The notes beneath the pieces were generated by a model that had not been told where the DNA came from, did no database searches, and saw only the letters and a list, made by a program, of their open reading frames with translations. Both the position numbers and the translations under genes were made by a program. 32,000 bases of DNA from Balneolaceae bacterium (GTDB lineage: Bacteria > Bacteroidota > Rhodothermia > Balneolales > Balneolaceae): contig SLKI01000048.1 in NCBI GenBank assembly GCA_007134695.1, positions 26,878 to 58,877 on the forward strand, given 5' to 3'. Below are positions 16,045-26,279 of the stretch, one piece after another. Each line of letters begins with the position of its first letter. The first letter of the stretch is position 1.

Positions 16045-18051
16045 TCAGAAATCACTTAAATCTTCATCTTCAAGAGGTAACAGTTCTTCGTTACTCGAAC
16101 CTGCAGCTCTGCTACCCTGACTTATCCCGGATTGTGGCGTTTTGCCGCTTGTTTGAGTATTTGAAGTACCATTCCCATTTCTTAATGAAGCAGATTTAGC
16201 ACCATTTAACGATTGCCCGGACGAATCGCCATTATTTATTTGATCGACGATATTGTCCGTAAGGTCATCATCTGTACTCACAAGAGATGAGAGCTCATCA
16301 ACGAATCGTATCAACTCATTAGCCTGTGAGGAAAGTTCTTCAGCCGCACTAGCAGATTCCTCCGCACCTGAAGCATTGTTTTGAACTACCTCATCCATTT
16401 CGGTCATCGCTTTACTCATTTGTTCAATTCCACTTGCTTGCTCCTTGGAAGCAGCAGCAATTTCGACAACCAGATTAGTCACTTCTTTGACTCTTCGTTC
16501 AATCTTCTGAAGGTTTTCAGCGACTTCATCCGCAACTGTAGCTCCTCGCTCGGAACTCTCCTGGGAAGTCTCGATCAGTTCGGATGTGTTTTGAGCAGCT
16601 TCTGCGCTTCTTTGAGCAAGGTTTCGCACCTCTTCAGCTACAACTGCAAATCCTTTGCCTGCATCACCAGCCCGGGCTGCCTCCACAGCTGCATTTAATG
16701 CCAAAAGGTTGGTCTGGAATGCAATATCATCGATTGTGTTAATAATCTTCGATGTTTCCATGGATGAGTTTTTAATCTCCTCCATCGCGTTATTCATTCT
16801 CTGCATCGCTTCCACGCCACTATTAACTTCCGGCTCGGCTTCTTTCATTGCTCTTTCAGCCTCTCCTGCATTGTTGGCTGCCTGTTGCGTCTGAGACGAC
16901 ATCTCTTCGAGAGATGAACTGGTCTGCTGCAGACTCGCTGCTTGTTCGCTCGCACCTTCTGCAAGTTCCTGGCTAGATCCAGAAAGTTGCATGGATGATG
17001 CATTCACCTGTTCAGCACCACTACTCAGACCAGTAATTACATTTCTAAGTGAATCATATAGTTCTTTGATACTCCGGCTAACAAAAAGGCCCAGTAGTAT
17101 TGCCAGCACAACTCCACCGATCAGACCACCCAAAATGACAAGCTTAAGAGTATTGGTTGTAGCATTAGCCTGTTCAGCCTCATCCCTTGCCATGGTTCGA
17201 TTAAGCTCAACCAGTTCTGCATTCAGTTCACTACTTCGGTCCTGAGCATCTGCTACACGACCTGTCAGTTGCTCACGTGCTTGTAAATAGATATCAAGTG
17301 CCTGATTACTTCTGTTTATCAACTCCTCAAAGACACCATTCAATTGATTATGGCGATCTGCAAATTCACCTTCATAGATATCCTGAGCCAAAGCAGAATT
17401 TCCGGAAGAGATCATATCAAGAACACGGTTGAATTGCTCATGATAAGCAGATTGTGCCCGATCCAGATCTTGAACAACTCTCTGTAATTCATCGTTATTT
17501 ATATCAAACTGCCTAATCCATTCAGTAATTTGAGCTTCAACCTCTCTGGATTCACGCTGTTCAAAGTCAGACCCATTGTAAAGGGCACCAAATAGTTCCT
17601 GTGCAATCTGCAGATGATCTCTCATGAAACCCTCTGCCTCAATTACCAGGGCAGAAGGATCATTTACACCAATCCGGTCATACTCCCGCATTAACTGCTG
17701 ATAATTCTCTACTTCCTCAATCCATATCTGACGGGATCTCTGAAAGTCATTCCATAAATCCCTTTCCTGATCATCTCTGGGAAGTTCTGCAAAAGCTGCT
17801 ACTGCTTCATTCCCTTCATTAAGAGATTGTTCGCTCATCTGAAACAGTTCACTTCTTTCGGACGAAGTGAGACCAGGGATTGCCAACGTTCTACTGTAGA
17901 CAGATAGATTTGAAGCAGCAGTTTCTGCAGCCATTAAATATGATACCGAAGGCATTCGAATTTCACCGATCTCGCCAACCGCATCTTCACCGACTGAAGA
18001 GCCGTAATAACCCAGGATTCCTCCGATGAGTACAGTCAGAGCCAAGATCAA
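16045..18051 (-). CDS. Methyl-accepting chemotaxis protein (two TM helices, about 290-aa periplasmic helical sensor, no recognisable HAMP, roughly 36-heptad signalling domain)
   Basis: The highly conserved hairpin is [41 protein letters not shown]. Methylation-type motifs such as ASLQQTSS are present. TM2 is [21 protein letters not shown]. The annotated TTG start falls inside TM1, so the true 5' end is probably the ATG at 18148 in another frame (see findings). Confidence 0.9.
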   Translation of the reverse strand: MILALTVLIGGILGYYGSSVGEDAVGEIGEIRMPSVSYLMAAETAASNLSVYSRTLAIPGLTSSERSELFQMSEQSLNEGNEAVAAFAELPRDDQERDLWNDFQRSRQIWIEEVENYQQLMREYDRIGVNDPSALVIEAEGFMRDHLQIAQELFGALYNGSDFEQRESREVEAQITEWIRQFDINNDELQRVVQDLDRAQSAYHEQFNRVLDMISSGNSALAQDIYEGEFADRHNQLNGVFEELINRSNQALDIYLQAREQLTGRVADAQDRSSELNAELVELNRTMARDEAEQANATTNTLKLVILGGLIGGVVLAILLGLFVSRSIKELYDSLRNVITGLSSGAEQVNASSMQLSGSSQELAEGASEQAASLQQTSSSLEEMSSQTQQAANNAGEAERAMKEAEPEVNSGVEAMQRMNNAMEEIKNSSMETSKIINTIDDIAFQTNLLALNAAVEAARAGDAGKGFAVVAEEVRNLAQRSAEAAQNTSELIETSQESSERGATVADEVAENLQKIERRVKEVTNLVVEIAAASKEQASGIEQMSKAMTEMDEVVQNNASGAEESASAAEELSSQANELIRFVDELSSLVSTDDDLTDNIVDQINNGDSSGQSLNGAKSASLRNGNGTSNTQTSGKTPQSGISQGSRAAGSSNEELLPLEDEDLSDF

Positions 18052-18307
18052 AAATGAAGCTCCTATTTTAGTGCCAATAGTGATACCGGAACTATCTGAA
18101 CCGGACTTACTTTTAGTTTTTCTGTTTTTTGTCTTTATTACCGAACATGTCTCTTTTCCTTTTTTGTTATTATTAATTGTATAGCTACAAGTGAAACCGT
18201 CTCATTCTACTTCGTAGCAACCCGAAGATTTAATCGGTGAATGTTGCAACCATCAATCAATCTTGTTTGGTTGAAAGAATCGATCACAACACCAACTATT
18301 GACTTGT

Positions 18308-18334
18308 TTATCGGTCAATTACAAGAATTGTTAA
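18308..18334 (-). promoter_or_regulatory. Sigma-28 (FliA)-type promoter P-mcp: TTAA-N15-ACCGATAA
   Basis: The minus strand reads TTAA(18334..18331)-caattcttgtaattg-ACCGATAA(18315..18308). It lies in the gap between the cheY stop (18349) and the mcp 5' end. Confidence 0.75.
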
Positions 18335-18348
18335 GCAATTTTAATACC

Positions 18349-19826
<1,478 letters not shown>

Positions 19827-20294
19827 TCATTTCGTGAAGTAGTAGATAGAAATTTCTGCAACTCCTTCGTCCAGAAATACATTGATCGACTCTTTCTTTC
19901 CGGTTTGGGAATTCACCTCCGATGCATTCAGATCGGTTAAAAGTCTGGGCGGATTCAGGTAGCAGATCCTCTCCCCATTGGCAAAGAGCGGAACAGTATT
20001 TCCACATATAATATTAGCAATCTCACACAAAGCTCCCTCCTTCTCTTCCGATGACGGTTCATCCACTCCAAGCATATTGGCGGCTATCGCGTCAAGAAGG
20101 TCATAGGAAGGCCTGATTACCATCATCCCTTTTGTAGCACCTTCAAAAGTGATGGCAGATCGAATATCCGACATATCTGCCAAGTTATCCGACAAGGTGT
20201 TCGCCTCATCTTTATCCAGTGGAAACATGTAACAGATCGTCTCAAATGTATCACACGCAATCTGCCAAATCTGATCAGAATATGATTCTGCCAT
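19827..20294 (-). CDS. CheX-like protein (putative CheY-P phosphatase, second copy)
   Basis: 155 aa. The segment GALCEIANIICGN keeps the E-x2-N catalytic pair of the CheC/CheX/FliY family but has Gly at the usual D/S position. Size and operon context fit CheX. Confidence 0.6.
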   Translation of the reverse strand: MAESYSDQIWQIACDTFETICYMFPLDKDEANTLSDNLADMSDIRSAITFEGATKGMMVIRPSYDLLDAIAANMLGVDEPSSEEKEGALCEIANIICGNTVPLFANGERICYLNPPRLLTDLNASEVNSQTGKKESINVFLDEGVAEISIYYFTK

Positions 20295-20298
20295 ACGC

Positions 20299-20670
20299 TT
20301 ACCTCGACATTTTTAAAATTTGATCCTCAAGCAACTCCCTCGTCAGCGGTTTGTGAACAAAACCCAATCCCTGTCGAAGTATCGCATCAATTCTCTTTTC
20401 ATCATTCTCGGTGGAAACAACAACCGCAGGGATATCTTTCCATTCCGGATGGTCCCTTACGTAATCGAGCATTTCCATACCATCCATAATCGGCATATAG
20501 ATATCAACCAACATCAGATCTACATCGAACTCTTCCAGCCGCTCGATTCCCTCCTTACCGTTTTCAGCTTCATAGATGTTGCCGATATCCAGCCCGCTGT
20601 CTCGTAATGTGCCTTTCAGTATCACCCTCATGGCAGGATCATCTTCTACAATCAGAATATTATATCTCAT
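20299..20670 (-). CDS. cheY: CheY-like single-domain response regulator (second copy)
   Basis: 123 aa with ILIVEDDPAMRVIL, LMLVDIYMPIMDG, AVVVSTEND and FVHKPL. Confidence 0.9.
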   Translation of the reverse strand: MRYNILIVEDDPAMRVILKGTLRDSGLDIGNIYEAENGKEGIERLEEFDVDLMLVDIYMPIMDGMEMLDYVRDHPEWKDIPAVVVSTENDEKRIDAILRQGLGFVHKPLTRELLEDQILKMSR

Positions 20671-20726
20671 AGCTGGAACACTTTATTATTAAAACAGATC
20701 CGACAGGAAAATCCTGCACATGCTAT

Positions 20727-20753
20727 TTATCGTTCGAACTCCTTCTTTTTTAA
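20727..20753 (-). promoter_or_regulatory. Relaxed sigma-28-type promoter inside the che cluster: TTAA-N15-AACGATAA
   Basis: The minus strand reads TTAA(20753..20750)-aaaagaaggagttcg-AACGATAA(20734..20727). The -10 matches in 6/8 positions with exact spacing. It lies in the 123-bp cheD-cheY gap. Confidence 0.4.
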
Positions 20754-20793
20754 GGCAAAATCTGTATAGATCTAATGATTTTACAAGTTAAAC

Positions 20794-21321
20794 TTATCCT
20801 CTGACCCTCACTCTGGCAGCAGATCCCTGTATGGAATCCCCATTTTCACCTTCTATCGGCTTTTTATTAATGGTTACTAGACCATTTGAGATATGCAGAG
20901 CCATTGTTCTGGAAATATGGCCTCCAACATCCTGTTGATGGATCATGAATCCATTTTTCCACAACAACTTTCTTAACATTGTGAAGTTTCGTTTGCCGAT
21001 CTTGAAGTAGTCATCCTTGCCCAGAGATTTCATACTGGCACCTCCTGCGACAACAATTTTCAGATTTTCTTTTCGGGCACCCATTTTATAACACTCCTGC
21101 AATAACTTTGGAAAACCTGTATCCACATACTTGGCCGGCTGGAGTCTGGCCTTTTCAGGGTCAACTTTGGAATGCGGGAGCATCACATGAAGCAGTCCCC
21201 CTGCCTTGACCACCGGATCATAGAGTGCAATTCCCAGGCAACTGCCCAGGGCATATGTAACAATGATCTCTTTAACGTTCATCGAGACTCGAAGCTCACT
21301 GACACCAACTGTCGTTTTCAC
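20794..21321 (-). CDS. cheD: Chemoreceptor glutamine deamidase CheD
   Basis: 175 aa with IVTYALGSCLGIALYDPVVKAGGLLHVMLP, the CheD catalytic-Cys and catalytic-His region. The start codon is GTG. Confidence 0.9.
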   Translation of the reverse strand: MKTTVGVSELRVSMNVKEIIVTYALGSCLGIALYDPVVKAGGLLHVMLPHSKVDPEKARLQPAKYVDTGFPKLLQECYKMGARKENLKIVVAGGASMKSLGKDDYFKIGKRNFTMLRKLLWKNGFMIHQQDVGGHISRTMALHISNGLVTINKKPIEGENGDSIQGSAARVRVRG

Positions 21322-21335
21322 TCGATTTATCCTCC

Positions 21336-22175
21336 TTATTTCTGATAAACAGCTGGCTGAAGACTTGTTAATCCAATACCCTTGTCAGGTAAATTCTCCG
21401 AATGTCCCAGGAACAGATAACCTCCCGGTTCCAGCAGATCATAAAATCGGGAAACGATCTGCTGTTGTGTCGGTCGCTTGAAATAGATCATTACATTTCG
21501 ACACATGATCAATTGAAACGGCCCTTTCATCGGCCATTGTTTCAATAAATTCAACCTGCCGTATGTAATCTTCTTCTGTATGGTATCAGCAAGTTTATAC
21601 TCATCCGCTCCATCTATTTCCCGAAAATATCGCTTGCGTACAGAATCAGGTACACCAGCCAGGTTGGATCTCGTATAAACTCCCGCTTTTGCCTTGGTCA
21701 GAGCTTCACCTGAAATATCGGTAGCCAGAATTCTTACCGGATCGGTATGTGAATCTCCGAATGCCTCCAGTAAAGTGATGGCCAGTGTTGCCGGCTCTTC
21801 ACCAGTCGAACATCCAGCCGACCACCATTTAACTTGCCTGCCTCCCAGTTGTGGTATTACTTTTTGCCTGATAAAATCAAAGTGCTGGCTTTCTCGAAAA
21901 AAGGATGTTTTATTGGTCGTCAGGACATCAACAAATGATAAAAATTCTTCGCCTGACTCATCATTTTCCACATAGTCCAGGTATTCCCCAAAACTGCTTA
22001 TTCCCAATTTTCTGATTCGCTTCATCAGCCTTGCACGTACAAGAGCCTGTTTGCCTTCGTGTAGATTAATTCCACAATATCGGTCGATCAGTGACCGGAC
22101 ACGATCAAAATCCGCTGCCTTTAGTTCCACCTGGCCCGGATAAATTCCGGTTTCTTTTCCAATCTTCATGGTCAT
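21336..22175 (-). CDS. cheR: Chemotaxis protein methyltransferase CheR
   Basis: 279 aa with an N-terminal helical domain and a SAM-binding core (VKWWSAGCSTGEEPATLAI, ILATDIS, FQLIMCRNVMIYF). Confidence 0.95.
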   Translation of the reverse strand: MTMKIGKETGIYPGQVELKAADFDRVRSLIDRYCGINLHEGKQALVRARLMKRIRKLGISSFGEYLDYVENDESGEEFLSFVDVLTTNKTSFFRESQHFDFIRQKVIPQLGGRQVKWWSAGCSTGEEPATLAITLLEAFGDSHTDPVRILATDISGEALTKAKAGVYTRSNLAGVPDSVRKRYFREIDGADEYKLADTIQKKITYGRLNLLKQWPMKGPFQLIMCRNVMIYFKRPTQQQIVSRFYDLLEPGGYLFLGHSENLPDKGIGLTSLQPAVYQK

Positions 22176-22237
22176 TACCCATTATCGTAATAAAGGGTTC
22201 AATTTTACCCCGAAATCCCTGTTGGGACCACTTCGGG

Positions 22238-24850
22238 TCATCCAGTCTCCGCAAACTGCTGTTGAAAAACCGTCGCTGTATCGAGAATCAGTCCGACCTG
22301 ACCATCTCCCAATATTGCACCACCGGAAACATGTGGCATTTTTACATTCATATCGATCGACTTGCCTACCAGTTGCTGCTGTCCTATCACCTCATCAACC
22401 AGCAGTGCATATCGACGATTATCATTCTTTATAACCAATAGTGTGCCATTTTCCAGATCTTCCACAGCCTGATGGATCGTAAACAGCTGATGCAGTCGAA
22501 TCACCGGTATTGTACGCTCCATGTAGTGAACCTGCTCAACATCACCCATGATGGTAAAAATGTCATCCTGTGTAGCCCGGAATGTTTTATCGATATTCAT
22601 AGTCGGAATTATGAAACGTTCGCTTCCTACCTTCACCAGCATTCCGTCGGTAATTGCCAATGTAAAAGGCAATTCTATGGAAATTTTTGTTCCGACTCCC
22701 AGTTCGGAGTCGACATCCACTTTACCCTGGAGCTGTTCAATTGAACGCCGCACTACGTCCATCCCGACTCCCCGTCCGGAGAGATCAGTGACCTGATCTG
22801 CTGAAGAAAATCCGGGCAGAAAGATCAGCTTATAGATCTCTTTGTCCGTAAGACTCTTCCCTGATTCCACAAGTCCTTTTTCGACCGCTTTCTTCAACAC
22901 TTTCTCCTTGTCGATCCCCCTGCCGTCATCCTCAATCTCTATAACTACCTTCCCCCCTTCTTGATACGCCCTGAGCCAGACATTGGCCGAATCTTCTTTC
23001 CCCGAACTTTTTCTTGAATCGGGATCTTCGATCCCATGATCGATTGCATTGCGAAGCATATGGACTAACGGTTCATTGATCACATCCACCATATTCCGGT
23101 CAATTTCCGTCTCTTCTCCAACAGCCGAAAATTTCACCTTTTTTCCGGCTTTTCTGCTCAAATCCCGAACCAGCCGATTCATCTTCTGGAATGTCGGCCT
23201 CATCGGTACCATCCGCAGAGTCAAACTTGTATCCTGCAGCTCTCTCAAAATCTTGGAAGCATGGGATATCTTTTTGCTTAACTCCGGTTTGTCTGCTATT
23301 GAAGAATCCTGGGCTACCACCGAATGAGCAATCACCAATTCACCCACCATATCAATGAGCCGATCCAGACGGCCCACATTCACACGGACTGTCGCCTCTC
23401 CTTCCGCTTTTTTCGATGTATTTTGCGCTTTTCCATTTTGGGGAACAGATTTGGGTTCCATTGACTGCTCCCCTTCACTACTCAACTCCTCTGCAGCATT
23501 TTTACCGGCCGCGTCCGGGGAATGAACCTCGTTTTCCGGGCTCTCACTATCCAAAGCTTTCGACGGTTTAACGCCTTCATTGCAAACGAGGTCTAAAATC
23601 TTCTGCATTCGATCAGCACCATCCGGAAGCGGTAATGGATCTCCGCCTGACGCAGACTCTACCTGTCCAATCAACTTTTTCAGAATGTCGACCGATTCCA
23701 GGCAGATATCCGCACAAGCCGTATCAAATTTTAATTCTCCATCCCGCACCATACTTAATAGAGTTTCAGCTGAATGGGTAAATTCGGATATCGGGTCCAG
23801 TCCCATAAAAGCCGAGGTTCCTTTTATCGTATGAAACCCTCGAAATACCGTATTGATCAGCTCTTCGTCATCAGGTGTACTTTCCAGATCCAGCAGTGCA
23901 CTCTCCGACGATGTAATCAGATCATTACATTCAGTAACAAACTCCTGAATCATATCCAGATCTGTATCTTCCGGGATGACAAACTCCTCTGGCTGATCTT
24001 CATTCACTTCGCATGACACCTCATTTCCGTTATCATCCGTTTCCGATTCTGCTTCAGCTGTATCTTCAGCCCACTCCTGGTCCGACTTAACCTCTATTGC
24101 CTCTTCTATTTTTGAGGAAACGAATGTCAGCCACTCATCCGAAGGCTCGTCGGAATCGCTGTATACCTGTTCTATCTTCTTTTGAGCCTGCTCCAGAAGC
24201 TCCCGGAGCCGGCCAGATGATCTTTCCATTTGCTCTTGAATCATCGAGCGAAGTTCTTTCAACCCTTCAGAATCCTCATCACCCGGATCTATCGCAATAA
24301 GACAGGAGGCTAGGTCATCCAGAGTGGACTCGTCTTCAGGTGACTCGGGATTTCTCTCGGAATTTGTATCCGATTCCTTTCCGGCCGACGAATCCTCGTC
24401 CATTTCCGTTTCGGAGGCCGACTCTTCAACATCCTCTGCTATTTGGTCTAACTCTTGAGACTTCTCCACATCCAGTTCAATTACAGAGTCTGCCGATTCA
24501 CCCTCTCCGGTCAGGGATTTTTCGAGTTGAGTTCTGGCTTTTTCAAACTCTTCGACCGGTATATTCCCCTCATTCAACAGATATTCCCGTATTATATTTA
24601 CCGCCTGCATCGTAGAGTTTTTTACACTCAGAAAGTAATCATCTTCCTGAAAAAGATGTTTCAAGCCTGCCCATGCCAGGTCAATCAGCTTTTTCAGCTG
24701 AACTCCTGGTTGATCCAGTTCTTCAATTACCTCTTCAAATTGAGCGCCCGCTGTTGCTACATTATCACGATCATTCGGCCAAACATCAGCCAGTCCGCGA
24801 ATAATCTCGCTCAGTTTTTCAGTGGTCTTGTTTTCCCGATTACTCATCAT
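22238..24850 (-). CDS. cheA: Chemotaxis histidine kinase CheA with a long acidic N-terminal extension and no recognisable P2 domain
   Basis: 870 aa. The HPt motif FRGFHTIKGTSAFMGL lies near residue 340. The P3/P4 motifs are VRVNVGRLDRLIDMVGELV, HMLRNAIDHGIE, DDGRGID and GRGVGMDVV. A C-terminal CheW-like P5 domain is present. Confidence 0.95.
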   Translation of the reverse strand: MMSNRENKTTEKLSEIIRGLADVWPNDRDNVATAGAQFEEVIEELDQPGVQLKKLIDLAWAGLKHLFQEDDYFLSVKNSTMQAVNIIREYLLNEGNIPVEEFEKARTQLEKSLTGEGESADSVIELDVEKSQELDQIAEDVEESASETEMDEDSSAGKESDTNSERNPESPEDESTLDDLASCLIAIDPGDEDSEGLKELRSMIQEQMERSSGRLRELLEQAQKKIEQVYSDSDEPSDEWLTFVSSKIEEAIEVKSDQEWAEDTAEAESETDDNGNEVSCEVNEDQPEEFVIPEDTDLDMIQEFVTECNDLITSSESALLDLESTPDDEELINTVFRGFHTIKGTSAFMGLDPISEFTHSAETLLSMVRDGELKFDTACADICLESVDILKKLIGQVESASGGDPLPLPDGADRMQKILDLVCNEGVKPSKALDSESPENEVHSPDAAGKNAAEELSSEGEQSMEPKSVPQNGKAQNTSKKAEGEATVRVNVGRLDRLIDMVGELVIAHSVVAQDSSIADKPELSKKISHASKILRELQDTSLTLRMVPMRPTFQKMNRLVRDLSRKAGKKVKFSAVGEETEIDRNMVDVINEPLVHMLRNAIDHGIEDPDSRKSSGKEDSANVWLRAYQEGGKVVIEIEDDGRGIDKEKVLKKAVEKGLVESGKSLTDKEIYKLIFLPGFSSADQVTDLSGRGVGMDVVRRSIEQLQGKVDVDSELGVGTKISIELPFTLAITDGMLVKVGSERFIIPTMNIDKTFRATQDDIFTIMGDVEQVHYMERTIPVIRLHQLFTIHQAVEDLENGTLLVIKNDNRRYALLVDEVIGQQQLVGKSIDMNVKMPHVSGGAILGDGQVGLILDTATVFQQQFAETG

Positions 24851-24877
24851 TTCACCTTTATTTTTTCAACAGAGTGA

Positions 24878-25375
24878 TCAACTCGATTCACTCAACGCCA
24901 TGTTGACCCAGAATTCACCGTTTTCCCCTTCAAACTTTAATTTTTTTGTAGGCGGCTTGCTTGGCATGAACAGGGTCAGATCACTTCCCCTGGTTGCTGT
25001 CGGCAGAGAGGATTGCCCCCGGAAACCGACCTTTTCAATATTAGCGGCCACATCACCTGCCAGAATATTTGAAATTTCACCAATCAGGTCTCCCATATCG
25101 TCACTCTCAAAAGGGATCTCCATACCGACAAATTCGTTCGACAATGCCAGAGCTGTCTCCTTCGGAATGGCCAGCATTAGTGATAGAGTATGGTCAGGAT
25201 TGAAGACCGCGATATTTCCGATAATGCCATGCATCGTCTGGCCCATGTCGGCCTCCTCCAAGCATTCCGGGCGTTTTCCGGTTATCGATTCGAAAGTATT
25301 GATCACCGATTCTTTAACCCGGCCAACAATTTTATCCGGTATTTCTGTAACTCCGTTTAGATAGTGCTTATCCAT
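24878..25375 (-). CDS. cheX: CheY-P phosphatase CheX
   Basis: 165 aa with a single CheC-family active-site motif D-x3-E-x2-N in DLIGEISNILAG, followed by a Pro about 22 residues later. Confidence 0.75.
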   Translation of the reverse strand: MDKHYLNGVTEIPDKIVGRVKESVINTFESITGKRPECLEEADMGQTMHGIIGNIAVFNPDHTLSLMLAIPKETALALSNEFVGMEIPFESDDMGDLIGEISNILAGDVAANIEKVGFRGQSSLPTATRGSDLTLFMPSKPPTKKLKFEGENGEFWVNMALSESS

Positions 25376-25383
25376 AATCCCCT

Positions 25384-25845
25384 CTAAGTTTTAAGCATGT
25401 TTTTAAAGAAACTCTTGCCCTCTTCACCCTCATCTCCGGAGGAGGTGAGCAGATTGCCGTCATCGTCGAAATACTCTTCAATCGTTTTATACATCTTGTC
25501 TGCCGTAAATGGTTTGGTAATATATTCGTTGGCGCCGCCTTCATTGAGCGCCATATCTACCTTTCCCATAGATTTTTCTGCAGTCACCATAATAATCGGA
25601 ATATGATCGGTATCTCCCTTTTCCCGTACCGCTTTGGACAACTCCACGCCAGTCATGTTGGGCATATTCCAGTCGACAAACATGATCTCAATACCCCCTT
25701 CCTCTTCAAACTTTTCCAGTGCGTCTTTACCATCCATCGCTTCAACATATTCGAACTCGGCGATCATTAACTGGTCGAGTGCACGTTTTACAGCACTTCG
25801 CATAATTTTTGAATCGTCAACGATCAATGCTTTGATCTTGCTCAT
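25384..25845 (-). CDS. cheY: Chemotaxis response regulator CheY (first copy, with acidic C-terminal tail)
   Basis: 153 aa with ALIVDDSKIMRSAVKRAL, IMFVDWNMPNMTG (the classic CheY DWNMP), IIMVTAE and YITKPF. About 30 extra residues follow (DDDGNLLTSSGDEGEEGKSFFKNMLKT). Confidence 0.95.
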   Translation of the reverse strand: MSKIKALIVDDSKIMRSAVKRALDQLMIAEFEYVEAMDGKDALEKFEEEGGIEIMFVDWNMPNMTGVELSKAVREKGDTDHIPIIMVTAEKSMGKVDMALNEGGANEYITKPFTADKMYKTIEEYFDDDGNLLTSSGDEGEEGKSFFKNMLKT

Positions 25846-25955
25846 TGTTCATAGCTTTTAATTTCCAGATTACATGTCTATTCGCACCGGTTCTGAAACC
25901 AGATCTTCCCCGCTGCCAAAAGAAGGCTTTGGAATCGAATCGGCTCATGAAACAT

Positions 25956-26045
25956 TTCGATGTTCGCTGCAATGGAATACACTGCGAATCAACATTCGAG
26001 TGTTCGAGCTAAACCCCGGTGTTCGAATCAAACCGGTGTTCGAAC
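25956..26045 (-). repeat. Array of TTCGA-core repeats in the che operon leader, including two exact CCGGTGTTCGAA copies 17 bp apart
   Basis: GTGTTCGA occurs at 26000-26007, 26019-26026 and 26036-26043. CCGGTGTTCGAA occurs at 26016-26027 and 26033-26044. Degenerate copies are gatgttcgc (25959-25967), attcga (25994-25999) and tgcgaa (25983-25988). All lie between P-che (26060-26086) and the cheY ATG (25845). Confidence 0.8.
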
Positions 26046-26059
26046 CAAAACTTATTTGT

Positions 26060-26086
26060 TTATCGGTTCTCGTTGCTGAACCTTAA
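26060..26086 (-). promoter_or_regulatory. Sigma-28 (FliA)-type promoter P-che: TTAA-N15-ACCGATAA
   Basis: The minus strand reads TTAA(26086..26083)-ggttcagcaacgaga-ACCGATAA(26067..26060). It lies about 215 nt upstream of the first che gene. Confidence 0.75.
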
Positions 26087-26112
26087 GCAGGTCCATCTTA
26101 CGAATTACATAT

Positions 26113-26139
26113 TTAACCACTTGCCTACGATGCCGATAA
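26113..26139 (+). promoter_or_regulatory. Sigma-28 (FliA)-type promoter, divergent from P-che: TTAA-N15-GCCGATAA
   Basis: The plus strand reads TTAA(26113-26116)-ccacttgcctacgat-GCCGATAA(26132-26139). The -10 matches in 8/8 positions. It lies 141 nt upstream of the ATG at 26280, and its -35 is 26 nt from the -35 of P-che. Confidence 0.7.
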
Positions 26140-26279
26140 TTTGAAATGACACCAGGTGTAGATTTGTCATAATACCTGATTTTACTTGGTAAGCGACCTT
26201 GATAACTGAGTTGGTAACCGTTATAGAATCGTCAGTAGAACTGTAACTGGTTTAATAGTACAGGGTCAAACTTCCTGAA

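Noticed and set aside
16045-16070. C-terminal ...[11 protein letters not shown] of the chemoreceptor as an NWETF-like CheR/CheB tethering pentapeptide.
   Set aside because: It ends in an aromatic residue after an acidic linker but lacks the conserved Trp. I cannot support the assignment from sequence alone.
20581-20588. GCCGATAT (a Bacillus SigD-like -10) on the plus strand.
   Set aside because: It lies inside the cheY coding sequence, has no TTAA or TAAA at 14-16 nt upstream, and has no downstream gene on that strand.
22182-22207. Possible sigma-28-like site TAAA-N14-TACGATAA on the minus strand in the cheA-cheR gap.
   Set aside because: The -10 matches in only 6/8 positions, the spacer is 14 nt and the -35 differs from the TTAA used at all other sites. 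The 62-nt gap is consistent with simple co-transcription.
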